A stretch of DNA of 64,000 bases from Octopus vulgaris (GCA_951406725.2 OX597814.1:95108001-95172000), one strand, 5' to 3'; shown: positions 1 to 13,620, counted from the stretch's first letter. Numbers and translations: made by a program. Notes: a model not told the origin generated them from the letters alone.

Positions 1-54
1 ATCTAAATCGTAGGAGACAGACACTCACACAACTACAGTTTTATATATATAGAT
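1..54 (-). mobile_element. Possible 5' end of a non-autonomous Helitron
   Basis: Minus strand reads A|TCTATATATATAAAACTG..., similar to the start of the 2754 element. Confidence 0.4.
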
Positions 55-369
55 ATATATATAATGTGAGGTATACTTGCCATCTCAATATGGCTAACCA
101 CTAAGGGTGGGTGTTACTGTAGCTTGTAGCCCCAGGAAAACATCGTCTCCAGCTGGCTTTAGGCACACTTTCTGTGCTCTTATGGTATTTACAAAGGGAG
201 GTCATCCTTCCCTCGTCAACCTAAGTGATACGCACGGACTGCAGTTTCTAGGTATTGACTTGTCTTCAGCGTACGACAATCACCGGTTTTCGATAAAAGG
301 GTTCCAATGCAAATATTTATATCGTTTTTCCAGTAACTTTTCGTCACTGATCTCGAAAAACTGTATGCA

Positions 370-677
370 AGCAATAATAAATCTCTGAACGAGGTATAAA
401 CAGTAACTTGCACGACAATGTGAGGTATACTTGCCATCTCAATATGGTTAACCACTAAGGGTGGGTGTTACTGTAGCTTGTAGCACCAGAACATCGTCTC
501 CAGCTGGCTTTAGGCACATTTTCTGTGCTCTTATGGTATTTGCAAAGGGAGGTCACCCTTCCCTCGTCAACCTAAGTGATACGCACGGACCGCAGTTTCT
601 AGGTGACCTCCCTTTGCAAGTATACCTCACATTGTCGTGCAGTTACTGTTTATACCTCGTTCAGAGATTTATTATTG

Positions 678-679
<2 letters not shown>
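370..679. mobile_element. MITE with ~65-bp terminal inverted repeats; truncated tandem copy at ~64-255
   Basis: 370-434 is the reverse complement of 616-679; right end abuts (TA)n; internal sequence is duplicated upstream. Confidence 0.75.
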
Positions 680-715
<36 letters not shown>

Positions 716-875
716 TTATAAAATGTATGTATGTAAATATGTATATGTATGTATTATGCACACATACGCTTATGCACACATACACACACACAACATATAC
801 ATGTACATATATATATACACAACTATATATAAGCATATACACACGCACACACACACACATACACACACACACAAA
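679..875. repeat. (TA)n/(CA)n/(TATG)n microsatellite
   Basis: Directly visible low-complexity repeats. Confidence 0.9.
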
Positions 876-982
876 CATGAGAGTTATACCGGAAGTAATG
901 TAGAAGTGAGTATAACTTTTATACTAACTGACATAGGGTTAACCAAATTGCACATTCTGGTTAAATAACTGTTTTCTCCCTA

Positions 983-2278
983 CAAAGGCGTTACTCATCA
1001 TAGGAAGTTCAATAAGTAATGTCCCTGACCCACTTGCAGTTGTTTGATCTAGCTGAAATTTTGCATGTGCAATTATTTATATCTCTATAGATTAAGTGGC
1101 AAATTATTGTGGTTTCTGATTTACAGGTTTTTAAACTGAGTCAAGTGTGAAATGGAGCCTGTTGAGTGTCGAGCAGTGATCCGGTTTTTGTATTTGAAAG
1201 GACGCACACCACGGGAGACTTTTGATGAAATCAAATTAACTTATGGTGATGAAGCCTCATCATATGACCTTGTAAAACGCTGGCGTCGTGAATTCAAACA
1301 TGGTCGGAACTCTGTGCAAACAGCCCCCAGATCTGGTCGCCCCCCTTCTGCCATTGATGAGGCATCTGTCCGTCAAGTTGAGGCTGCCATTTTGGACGAT
1401 TGACGCATAACTATTCGCCAAATAGCCCATGAGGTCAACATTAGTACTGGATCTGTGGAAACTATCATTCATGACCATTTGCATATGCAAAAGGTGTCTG
1501 CCAGATGGATTCCCAGGTTGCTCACACCTTTCCAGAAGCAAGAACGCGTCGAGTGCTCGAGGATGAATTTGGAGATGTGCCAAGAAGATGAGTCACAATT
1601 TTTCAAAAGACTGATTACACAGGATGAAACCTGGGTCCATCACTATGATCCAGAGACCAAAGCCCAGTCAATGCAGTGGAAGCACCGTGACTCACCTCCT
1701 CCAAAGAAGGCTAGGATGCAGCCCTCCGCTGGCAAGGTCATGTTCACAGTCTTCTGGGACCAGGACGGAGTAGTGATGACAGATTTCCTGGCAAAGGGTA
1801 CCACAATTACAGGAGCCTATTATGCTTCACTTTTGAGGAAATTAAGAGAAGCTATCAAAATCAAGAGGCGGGGCTAGATCAGCAAAGGCATCCTCCTCCT
1901 GCAGGACAACGCTCCGGTCCACAACTTGCGTGTGGCCAGATCAGAAGCACAGGCGTGCGGCTATGAACTCATCCCCCATCCCCCCCTACTCTCCTGACCT
2001 TGCACCCTCTGATTTTCACCTCTTCCCAGCCATGAAGTTGTTTTTGAAAGGAAAACGTTTCCCAGATGATGCAACCTTGATTTCTGAAGTAGCGTCGTGG
2101 TTGGAGGACCAAGCTGGGGTCTTCTACAAAAACGGTCTCCAGAGCTGCATCAAACGATGGGAGAAATGCGTAACTCTGAGTGGTTCCTATGTAGAAAACG
2201 ACTAATAACTGTGCCAAGTTTCGTTGCTCTACTGCTATGGGAAGTGGGTCAGGGGTATTACTTATTGAACGCCCCTCG
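983..2278 (+). mobile_element. Near full-length mariner element (DD34D, irritans-like)
   Basis: TIR GTTCAATAAGTAATGTCCCTGACCCACTT at 1007 is mirrored at ~2242-2270; TA at the right end; encloses a transposase. Left boundary uncertain. Confidence 0.9.
1152..2205 (+). pseudogene. Mariner transposase pseudogene
   Basis: WIPRLL, TQDETW, QDNA and YSPDLAPSDFHLF motifs; stops at 1401 and 1875 and one +1 frameshift in the C-run at ~1975-1987. Confidence 0.92.
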
Positions 2279-2753
2279 TAGCTTTTATCAAAATGCATTT
2301 GCTCCACCGTTGAACCAAACCCTCGAATACTCTTTGGAAAAATTTTAATGTAAAGTTATGTCCACTTTTCTTCACAATCTCGCTGTCTGTGTAAGCAAAA
2401 ATTTTTCCCGAAGATTGTCCTCCATTGGACCGAACAGGTGGAAGTCGGAGGACGTCAAACATGGGCTGTATGGTGGAACACTAACTAACCCAGTTCTCCA
2501 ATTGCTTGAGTTGTCGTATTTTGTCATGATGCTAGTCATTTTCAGATACTTCTTCGAGTTTTTTTTGTGGTTTTTTTTTCCTTCCTCATAATTTTTCTAA
2601 CCATTTTGAGTGCCTCAGTGTGCCGCTTATTGTTCGTGGTACAGTCACGTTCCAGAAAATCAACAAGGAGTGTCAAATCTAGTACAATATTCATTCAGTA
2701 GAGATATTGCTCTTTCATTGTAATTGAAGCATGCGCGTTGTATTCCCGCCTAA

Positions 2754-3142
2754 TCTCTATATATAAAGCTGGAGTTGTCTGTGTATGGCAGGTTTGGTAG
2801 CCTTCAACTAACACTATCTCCTCCGAGATCCTGCGGCGCACGTTGACCAAAATTGAGAGTATGATAGAAGAAGGCTTGTTCTTCCTTCTGTGGAAGAAAA
2901 ATTCAAATCGGATCATGTTAACACCAAAAATTATTTACATCAAAAAGGTACTTTTTTTCTATGAAAATCCCTATTTTTTACGATTTTTTGACTGCTGTGT
3001 CGCCATTTTTCGGTGTATTTCAACCATAAAAATGTCCATTAAAAGAGGATTACAAGCTACATAAAGCAAAAGTTTTACTTTTCAAAAGTTCCAATTCTAA
3101 AGGGTCGAAACAAACCCGAGCAACGCCGGGCGATACTGCTAG
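2754..3142 (+). mobile_element. Non-autonomous Helitron (389 bp)
   Basis: 5' A|TCTCTATATATAAA; subterminal hairpin CCCG-AGCAACGC-CGGG (3115-3130); 3' CTAG|T; A|T insertion without a TSD. Confidence 0.8.
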
Positions 3143-3941
3143 TATAGAATAAAGTTTACTGTATGTCGTCGCCGTTATTGGAACAACTCACACACAAATA
3201 ACATTGGACTTTGGAGACCTATTACCCGTCAACCAGAAGAGATAAGGTAGACGTTGTGTCCAAACCAGCACCGAAACGGCTAGAGTTTATTTGATCTCAC
3301 AATCGATGAGCTGCTGATTGCGTAATACTTCATCTCCTTGGTCATTTGGCTTCTGCTAAGCACAAACACAAAGTATTAATTAGTTAGAGCAGGAATTGGC
3401 AAAATATAACTCTCCGGAAACTTTAGTGAAATATTTGGCAGATTGCCACGACGTAAAGAAAGAAAGTGCCGGAGCCGACAGTGAGTGACTAAGTGAGGGT
3501 GAGAGAATCTTAATTATTTATAATCCTATTAACAAACTAAAATAGCCGAATCATCAATAATAGGTGTGAAAAGTATAGCTTCAAATTAGCTGTTCATGGA
3601 AGGATGCCTCGTTCTCTGATAGAGAGAAACGCCTGCTTGCATTTTGGTTGGTTGTGTTGCTGTAGACATGACTAATGTATAAAAAGTGAAAATTATTTTT
3701 TTTTCTTTTCTTTTTCTGTGTCTCAATTTTGTTTTTTATATGATTTATTTGACATTCTAATAAACTTGATAACTCCAAGCGTTCACTAGTTTTTTTTTTA
3801 ATTTTCTTCTTTTTTTTTTCAATTATGTATACCCTTTTTATGGATTTCTATAAACAGATACACAAAATACTCTTGAAGTCATGTACATTAATGTTTTTTT
3901 GTGATGTTTTATTTTGTTTTGTTTCGGTGGGGTGAGATATT

Positions 3942-4155
3942 CTTATTTCTTTATTGCCCACAAGGGGCTAAACACAGAGGGGACAAACGAGGACAAACAA
4001 CCAGATTAAGTCGATTATATCGACCCCAGTGCGTAACTGGTACTTAATATATCGACCCCGAAAGGATGAAAGGCAAAGTCGACCTCGGCGGAATTCGAAC
4101 TCAGAACGTAGCGGCAGACGAAATACTGCTAAGCATTTCGCCCAGCGTGCTAACG
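3942..4155 (-). mobile_element. tRNA-derived SINE, family A
   Basis: Reverse complement of the 10788, 41192, 43929 and 53870 copies; B-box GTTCGAATTCC. Confidence 0.85.
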
Positions 4156-4313
4156 TTTCTGCCAGCTCGCCACCTTTTGAGGCGCGATATTTTGTTGCGG
4201 TTTTTCAGTTTGCAAAGTTTGATAATCTAAGCAGATCGAGAGCGGAACCATTATTCTAAATTCTGAACTATTATTCCCTTTGCACGTAGTTCACATATTT
4301 ATTGCTGGAAAAG

Positions 4314-4326
4314 GAGTAGTAGTAAT

Positions 4327-4409
<83 letters not shown>

Positions 4410-4504
4410 CGGCGGCGGCGGCAGCAGCAGCGGCGGCGGCGGCAGCAGCAGTGGCGGCGGCGGCAGCAGCAGCGGCGGCGGCGGCAGCAGCAGCGGCGGC
4501 GGCG

Positions 4505-4535
<31 letters not shown>

Positions 4536-4578
4536 TAGTAGTAGTAGCAGCAGCAGCAGCTGTTGTTGCTGTTGTTTG
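4314..4578. repeat. Compound trinucleotide repeat (AGT)n/(AGC)n/(GGC)n
   Basis: Directly visible; the central 21-bp unit (GCG)4(GCA)3 occurs 5 times. Confidence 0.95.
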
Positions 4579-5772
4579 TAATAGCTTCATTGCTATATGC
4601 CTTTACTGTATATAAAAGTATTTCCATGTATGACGTGTGGAATTAAGCTGCGTACGTACTTAACTTAATACCTCTTTCACAAAAATGAATTTTACGTATA
4701 CTTTTTTCTTTGTTAATTTTTATGTTTCAATTTTATTTTTTATGTTTTTTGTTTTTTGTTTTGTTTTGTTTTTTTGTTTGTTTGTTTTTTTTGTTTTTGT
4801 TTTTTGCTTATTAATTATTGATTAAAAAGAAACTGGACATCCTAACTTCAATAGTTTTCAACCAGAAAAGACTCTCATGGAATCAATGAAACAAAAAAAA
4901 ACGTGACAAAATCAGTGGCACTTCCTTGTTTTGATGGCTGTATATGTTACACGTTGTGAACTATGTTATCGCTGTGCTATATGTACACTCAGAATTTTTT
5001 CTAATCCTTATATTTGAAACCAGAATAAGCAAATTACAATACTTTTTTAAGACCTGAATCCGTCACTCCCTATCTCTAACAAATCTCTGCGTCCAGGCTA
5101 CATTATATTCCAACTTCACTATGAAGGTTGACATTCTGTACTTCCTCAAAAGCCACTCTGCCTAACACTTACAAGACCACCAGTTATTGAACTACGAATA
5201 TTTCACCAATTCTCGCGCATGTGAATACGCAAGCTTTTTAATGTGCATAACGTTCTCGTTAGTTGTTTCTGCCTAGATAACATTACATGCGGGAACAGAA
5301 AAAAACACACTCCAACGCAGTCCCTATTCCAGATACCCGCTTGGAACTGGCGGAATCAATCCATCTATCCATTAAAATGACTCTGCCTTCCCAGGACCTT
5401 CTCCACTCCATTTTATGGTATTCTGAGCAACTACATGAGACTCATAGCCAACAATTTTATGAAAGATTAACTTAGCATGTGTACTCCTTTAAGTTCAGAG
5501 AAAGAAAAATTCCACCTTCCTGTCTCATTTTATCTGGAAACTTTGAGATCAGAGAAATGCTTTGCACAGAAGTACATTTGACATGAGTCTTTCTTAATCA
5601 TCCGAGCACATAGTGATCTTCATCTCTCTAAGAAACTGCACGTTTTGCAGCAGCCTACTATGTCCCTTAAAAAAAGACTCTAAACTTTCATGCCAACTTC
5701 TAACAAACCGTCCAACCCATGCCAGTATGGAAAACGAAAGTTAAATGATGATCATGATGATGAGACATACAG

Positions 5773-5834
5773 GTATGTATGTATGTATGTATGTATGTAT
5801 GTATGTATGTATGTATGTATGTATGTATGTATGT
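5773..5834. repeat. (TATG)n microsatellite
   Basis: About 15 perfect copies. Confidence 0.95.
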
Positions 5835-6332
5835 CCATATACTTAGGCCTTTAACCACAAAATTATATCAGAATAAAACTAATTGTTCTAACATGCAGAA
5901 TTGATTATCTTACTGAGTGTTGCAAAGAAACGTTTATATCGCAATATTACCAGACATTTATATAAAGGTTATATAAAAAGAAGTAAATGTTGAGTATGAC
6001 AAGCGAAAAAAAAGTAGTTTGGTGATCGGGTAAAATATTACATCTTCATACCAAAGCAGTTTTATCCAGTCTGAAGGGCATTAATTATGCAAATAATGTG
6101 TGAAAATGTGGCATTTGAAGCAAGATTTTATTTGCAGTCTATATATAAATAGCCGCTAATTACAGAGCTGAGTATTGAATCATGGTTCAAAGACCACAAA
6201 CTACAAATATATTTTGCCGAGTAAACTGAGAATTTTCTACGTAGCCGTTCTACTTGTTAGAGTTAACAATCAAATTTATATCAATTTGTACCTCACTGAC
6301 TTTAAAAAGTAAAAAGACATTCTGGTAATGTA

Positions 6333-7200
6333 CAGGGTGGCCCGAAAGTCTTGTCATCACATGTAAATATTATTTTAATTTTTTATTTCAGATGGCTAAC
6401 CCGAGATCCTACAGTTTGGAAGAGAAGTTGATTGCAAGTGTATGGGCACATTCTGGCATTCTGGCAAGAACATGGAGGATGTGCGACATGACTTCACTGC
6501 AAGATTCAGCAGGCTAGCCCCTCCGAAGAAGACGATACGGCGTTGAGAACATAAACTGTTTCTGACAGGATCAATTAAGGACAAACCGAGGACAAAGCAA
6601 CCCTCAACGCGAAGGGACACATGTACAGATGTGGAGGCATCTGTGCTACTATGAACCTCGAAGTCACTACGAAATCGGTCTTCTGAGCTACGAATTCTAA
6701 AAGCTACAATGTTAACACATATGACAAAGGACCTTCATTTGAAATCGTTTAGGCCAACGTTCATCAACAAACTAAGCAATAACGACAGAGACAAAATATG
6801 TGTGGCATGTTTCTTGATATGTTTCCAACAATCCTACAACGTGCAATTTACCATAGTGGCCGGGCTAGGAATATTTATTTCTGGAGTCAAGAAAATCCGC
6901 ACTATTACGAAGAACTGGAACACAACCCACCCCTGCATCTGATGAGTTGGGTCGCTATATCGAGTAAACACTTCATAGGACCCTATTCCTTCGAGGGCTC
7001 TGTTAACTAGTATTCTAACCTTGCCATGTTAAGGGAGTGGTTTGGTCCACAGCTCCAGAGATTGAATGGGATTTCAATGATTGTTGGTTTCAACAAGATG
7101 GTGCCCCACCCCCACAGTGCCATCAATGCCAGGGAATACCTGAATGAGGTTTTTCGGGATAGATGGATGGGGTGAGGATCACAACAACTTCTAACATCTT
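6333..7200 (+). mobile_element. Degraded Tc1/mariner-superfamily element (DUF4817-type N-terminus)
   Basis: TA|CAGGGTGGCCCG terminus; MANPRSYSLEEK start; WSQENPH, IGPYSFEGSVN and FQQDGAPPH fragments. Confidence 0.7.
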
Positions 7201-9534
7201 TCGATGTTCCTCCCAGAAGTACGGACCTCACGTAGCGGAAGAGTGCAAATCTACGATAGAAGTTCCCTCTTCAGCCCTGTTCCAATATGGAACCAAAGCT
7301 TTAAGTTTGACACTATGTTATGCTACATCGTTTATGGTGAACCACCAAGGAAGCCTATCCATAGTCATTTGATTTAATAAAAGTACCAGCTAAATATCCC
7401 TCAAATTAAACCCTATTGCGTTATATGTGGGAAGACACGTTGGTTAATGTAGTTTTTGGTCTATTATGCTCCGGGGAAAATATAGGACGATCTGGTTTGA
7501 ATGACTCTGATCATAGATTTGTTCTTGTAGAACTGACATGGTGGTGCGGATGACATGAACACGAGCCTTAATTGCAAGGCGGAACAGAAATATATTGAAA
7601 AGAAGTCACTCATTCTCTTTTTCTATATAAGTTCTTCATATAAGCTGGCTTCATATCCTCTCCACCCAGAATACCTCTCTCTCCACTAACCATCATCAAT
7701 CTTAGTGTTTCAACAGACCTCGCACGAAATAGTACCCCCGCTACCACACACACACACACACTTTATTCCACGGAACTGCACCTTTTGGAATTCTCACCTC
7801 ACCCATGCTTTCCTACAAACATTAACCTACAAATGTTCAAGTTTAATATTACCTGCACCAAGCACGCCCACCTGGGAAGAACTCAAAAGTTTATAAACAT
7901 TGTTCTTCCTCTTCTATCTAAATTATTTAATAAGAAAGCTCGAGAATCTCTGTGCCGAAATACCCTCAAAAAGGTGATAACTTTCGATTGGTTGCATTCA
8001 TAGTTGTTTGAAAGAGTGACGTGAAGTAGGTGGATGATACAAAGGAGAAGAGAGAGAAACTCATTCTAACGAAGGGATGAAATAAAGAGAATCCTCCAAA
8101 AACAAACCAAGGCAAGCTGTTACTTAAAGGACTATCAGATATACACAAGTAAAGGAAACTATTTCCAGACAAGCAAAACGGGGCCTGTAAGAAGACTCTC
8201 GCCTGATAACTCTCCCGCCTTTTTTTCCTTCACTTCATAAGACACCGCTTCACGAAACTATTCCCACCTGGAGTGGGTGTTGGTAGCAGATAAATTTTCA
8301 AACAAGGAAAATCTATCCCTTCCACAAGAAGCACAATAGGTGTCTGTGTTTGTCAACTATTCTGTGTTAGTGTCGTTGGACCCGCACAAATTTGGAAAGA
8401 TCTAATCAACACAAACTCTGCACGTGTTACACACTGTAGCGAGTTAGATATAGATCGGTCTTATGAGGAACTCAAGTCGCTTTAGGGTCAGTTAAATGTG
8501 TACCACAAAAGTTAGTCATCATTACTTAGCATCCTTAACGCAGCCGATTCTGGTCCCATCTTCAGAGACTAGAATGCTGCATTATACGGTTAGTCTCTGA
8601 GTGGTCATCAAAGTATTCGAACGCATATAAATACTACTTGGTATCATGTACTCGACCCATATAGATATAAAGTAGATATATGACAGTCATTAAGATGTTC
8701 GCTTCAGAATCACGTGGTTCTGGTTTTGTGCCCATAGCATGGCATCTTTGGTAACACGTGGTTCTGGTTTTGTGCCCATAGCATGGCATCTTTGGTAAGT
8801 GTCTTCTACTATACACAGCTTCGAGTGGAAATGAATAGACGGAAATTGCGCAGAAGGCCACAAGATTTATTCTACTTATTCTCGGGCGTTATGTTTAATG
8901 CGGCCCTCAGTTTAACACCGCTCCGCTGCAAACATTCCTACCAGGTCTCTTGTTTGTGGATAACCTATTAATTTTTCCCCCTTCCACACCAGTTTCAGAC
9001 GTCTTGCAAAAAGGTCATGAACGTAACCCTTCTCTCTCAAAGCCATATGTATATGCGCGCGCATTCATGCGTGTGCGTGTGTGTATAGTTCTGCAGATAA
9101 TTTAAATTCATTGAAAACAGAAAACCTGTAAAAATTAAAGTAAAACTTATGCAATAAAATTATAATGTAAATTTGAAAGCATAGAAATACGAATAGCTGA
9201 AGTAGACGAAAAATAGCGATAGGTATATTACAAGGGGAACAACTCAAATAGGAAAGTGGTGCGAATGAGATCTATATCTGTGGAGTTTGCTAAAGAAATC
9301 GTTTAAAGGAAAGTAATTACAGGATAAACTTACTCTAGACCTTGGACTCAAGGGCTAGGGTAGGCTTTTGGAAAGTAACGAAGCCTTTTAGACCAAAATA
9401 TCGAATTATCTTGGCTAGCTTTGTTTTGGGATCATGGACTGTCATACACTAAATTCGCCACCTAGTAAAAAAAAAAACCCACACTGAACTGAATGACAAG
9501 AGAAGGCCGTTAAATATGACTGACATATGTATGT

Positions 9535-9780
9535 GGAGGTGCATATTTTAGTGTTTCGGATGGTGCTCTCATGATCGTAAGATTGTGGTTTCAATTCTTG
9601 GATCAGACGATGTGTTGAGTTCTTGAGCCAAAACACATTATTTTACGTTGCTCCAGTCCACTCAGCTGACAAAAAAGATTAATCTTACGACAGACAGGCG
9701 TACCGTCCAGATGAGGAATATATACGCCGCAGAATTCGGAGAACTAGCCTTCTTAGCCTATGGAACGGGAAGGATCTTTG
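9535..9780 (+). mobile_element. Degraded tRNA-derived SINE (third family)
   Basis: Decayed tRNA-like head with a B-box-like GGTTTCAATTC and a TTCTTGAGC-type core. Confidence 0.4.
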
Positions 9781-10787
9781 ATCCTTTTAATGCCTGATAG
9801 AATTTATTGTCCACCGAGTTGTGAAATAGATGCCACTAGAGAAAGCTGTTGTTATGCTGTTTATACATTAGATAACTGTCCAAAATAAGCTGTTCTTAAA
9901 AGAAAAGGAAATTATTTGCACACTGATATATATTCAGACCAGAGTTGCCATCTTAGTTGTTATAGTCACAACATCTCAGCTATTGCAATCTGCAGTCTTC
10001 TTAAGGTGTCTGTCAAATTCGGTGATGTTCTTAGAGCTTCAAGCCAAATTCATTATTGAATTGACAGAGATAAAACGATCTCATTTCATATTTTCCCATC
10101 AGTATATTCTTCCAATTATAATGTTGTTTGTTCTTGTCTATTGAACCAAAGTATATATTGTGTTACTATAACAACCAAGATCCAAGATGAGGACACTTGT
10201 CCAAATATGTTGATATATTATAATGATTTAATTATAAATGCCTATCTCAGAAATTCAAAGATAAGATTGTCATGGTTGGAGTGCTTGTGATCAGCACTGG
10301 CTTTGTGTGCTAAACAACAAAGAGCAAGCTCTATTCAAGCTAGGTCCTTAAGTGTGCTCGAGCTCAATCCCACAATGTGAGCTACACAAAAGATCAGAAA
10401 GCATTTATTTCAGTCTTAGAGGCATTTACTATGTTTTCTATTTTCTATTAATATTGAATGTAATGTATTCTTGGAATGTAATGTATTCTTGGAAGAGCTT
10501 AGAAATTTGACACTGGACTGGTTGATGTAGAGGTCTTCCAAATGCACGTTTTTTTCTCTCTTGAATATCATTTGACAACTGTACAGGTCCACCTGTTGTC
10601 TGTGAACCTTGCAACATGTAAGAGGGCCAGTAACCATGAACCTTAAAAGAAGAAAATTAAGGGAATCATGGGAAAAAATGAAGTTCAGCAATATGATGCA
10701 GTCAACATTCTAAAAGAGAAAAAATGGGTAAACAGCTTAAGATTATAAAATGGAGGGACAGGTAGACATAAATGTAGTTTCAGTAAA

Positions 10788-11018
10788 TGGCGGCAAGCTG
10801 GCAGAAACGTTAGCACGCCAGGCAAAATAGTTTGTGGTACTTTGTCCGCTGCTGTGTTCTGAGTTCAAATTCCGCTGAGGTCGACTGCCTTTCGTCCTTT
10901 CGGGGTCAATAAATTAAGGACCAGTTACGCACTGGGGTCGATGTAATTGACTTAATCCCTTTGTCTGTCCTTGTTTGTTCCCTCTATGTTTAGCCCCTTG
11001 AGGGCAATAAAGAAATAA
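10788..11018 (+). mobile_element. tRNA-derived SINE, family A
   Basis: GGCGGCAAGCTGGCAGAA head; B-box; CCTTTCGTCCTTTCGGGGTC core; CAATAAAGAAATA tail. Confidence 0.85.
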
Positions 11019-11324
11019 AAAATAAATGTCTTTTCAGCATAGAGAAAGGTGGCCAGCTCAAACCAGAGATTGTGAAACCATTGCAGAAATAGCAATAAGC
11101 AACACTGGAAACACTCTACAACATCACTAACATTACTTGTTTCCAAGCAAGGTAATATTTCCTATGAAATGTTTTCACAAAAGACTGGAAACAAATGACA
11201 CCATTTGTTCATTTAATGGTAACACTCATTTACAACTATCTTGTGATATCAAGACAAAGAGAAACAAATACATATACACATACAACACAGACATGAATAC
11301 ATTCATACATATACACACACATAT

Positions 11325-13390
11325 ATCATCATCATCATTGTAAATGTTCAACATCCGCTTTTCATGCTGGCATGGGTTGGACAGTTTGACCAAAAACTGG
11401 TAAGCTGGGGGTGGGGATGCTGCACCAGGTTCCAGTCTGATTTGGCAAGGTTTCTATGGCTGGATGCCCTTCCTAATGCCAACCACTCTGAGAGTGTAGT
11501 GGGTGTGTTTTACATGCCACTGGCACCAGCCATGATGGTCACACTTGGCTTGACAGCTCAACACAAGTACAGTATATTGCCAAGGGTCCTGGTTACTTGT
11601 CACTACCTCCATGGGGCCCAATACTCAAATAGTGCTTTTTACATGCCACAGGCACGGATGCCAGCCAGACGGCACTGACATTGGCCACGACTACATTTTC
11701 ACTTGGTTTGACAGGTCTTTACAAGCGCAGCATATCATCCAATGATTGAAGGGTGCCTTTAACAGGCCAGTTATGCAACACTGGCATTGACCATGACTAT
11801 GATCTCACTTGGTGTGACGTCACTGCCTCCATGAGGCCCATCACATGAATGGTTCCTTTTTATGTGTCACCAGTACGGGTGCCAGTCAGACGGCACTGGC
11901 ATCAACCACAACTACAATTTCACTTGATTTGACAGGTCTCCACAAGCACGGCATATCACCCAAAGATTGAAGGATGCTTTTAATAGGCCAGTTACATGAC
12001 ACTAGCATCAGTCATGACTACAATTTCACTTGGTTTGACAGGTCTTCACAAGCATGGCATATCTCCAAAGGTCTCAGTTGTTTGTCATTGCCTCTGTGAG
12101 GCCCAACATTCGAAGATCACGCTTCACCACCTCAATTCCTGTCTTCTTGGGTCTACCTCTTCCACAGGTTCCCTCCACCATTAGAGCATGACTTCTTCAC
12201 ACAACTGTCCTCATCCATACACATCACATGACCATACCAGCACAGTCACCTCTCTTACCACATCTGATGTTTCTTATATCAAGCTTTTCTCTCAAGATGC
12301 TTACACTCTATCATGTATACACACTAACATAACACATCCAGCAGAGCATACTAGCTTCATTTCTTACAAGCCTACACATGTCCTCAGCAGTCACAGCCCA
12401 TGTTTCACTGCTGTGTAGCATGGCTGTTTACACACAGTCTGTCTTTCACTCTGAGTGAGAGTTCCTTTGTTACCAGCAGAGGTAGGAGCTCTCTGAAATT
12501 TGCCCAGCCTATTCTTATTCTAGCAGCCATGCTCTCAGAGCATCCACCCCCACTACTGACTTGGTCGCCTAGGTAACGGAAGCTATCGACTACTTCTAGT
12601 TTTTTCCCCTGGCATGTGATGTACATTTTTGGTGTTTATTGTACATGTGCACCTTCCACACACAAAAACTATCTTTCCTGTTAACCTTCTGATGATATTA
12701 CTGAACCTCTTATGTGTCCATAGCTTACACCAGGTTCATCTTATGGAGTTTCTACCTACGCTTTTTCTACAGAATGAGCAGGGCCATCTACCTGAAGGCA
12801 TTTATGATTTGTCCACCATCCTACTTACTAAGACTTTGGTTTTTGCTAGGTTAACTCTAAGGGCCTTCAATTCTACACCTTGCTTCCACACCAGAAACTT
12901 CTCTAGTTTAGGTATTGATTCAGCAAATGAGAGCAAGGTCATCAGCATAGAAGAGCTCCCGGGGACAACCCATCTTGAATTCATCTGCTATCACCTGGAG
13001 GAATATGATGAACAAGAGGGGACTGAGGACTGATCTTTAGTGAACCCCTACTTGTATCTTGAATTTTTCTTTATACTCATTGCCAACCCTCACCTTAATC
13101 ACAACATACCTGTACATGGCTTGTACAGCTCTCACCAACCACTCATCTATCCCTAGTTTCTACATTGACCACCAGATAAGGGATCGAGGGATCCTGTCAA
13201 AGGCTTTCTCCATGTCAACAAAAGCTAAGTACAGAGGTTTATCTTTGGCTATGTATTTCTCCTGCAGCTGTCTTACCAAAAATATGGCATCAGTGGTGCT
13301 TTCTACCAGACACAAACCCAAACTGCATCTCATCTAAACTAACTCTCTCCCCAATTAGTTGGGCTATGACCCACTCTGTGACTTTCCTCA
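11325..13390 (-). mobile_element. 5'-truncated, degraded RTE-clade LINE
   Basis: RT fragments (YLAFVDMEKAFD, NLAKTKVL, LEVVDSFRYLG), repetitive 3' UTR and (GAT)n tail; homologous to the 45.3-47.7 kb copy. Confidence 0.88.
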
Positions 13391-13399
13391 CCTATATAT

Positions 13400-13620
13400 A
13401 TATTTTCTTCTATTTGTTTCAGTCAATTGACTGCAGCCATGCTGAAGCACTGCCATGAAGGGTTTTATGCAAACAAATCGACCCTAGCACTTTTTGTTTT
13501 TAGCCTAATACTTATTTTATTGATCGCATTTGACGAACTGCTAGGTTACAGGGACATAAACACCAACACTGGTTGTCAAGCAGTGATGGGGGTGGGGCAA
13601 ATACAGATACATTCACATTG

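Noticed and set aside
603-968. ORFs rich in YI/HT repeats
   Set aside because: Translations of TA/CA microsatellites.
4271-4627. Poly-Ala/Val/Thr/Cys ORFs
   Set aside because: Translations of a trinucleotide microsatellite.
8281-8291. TGGTAGCAGA primer-binding-site-like motif
   Set aside because: Only 10 nt, not preceded by a CA LTR end, and no second LTR or gag/pol sequence is visible.
8711-8798. Exact 44-bp tandem duplication
   Set aside because: It lies within a family B SINE head and is a simple local duplication.
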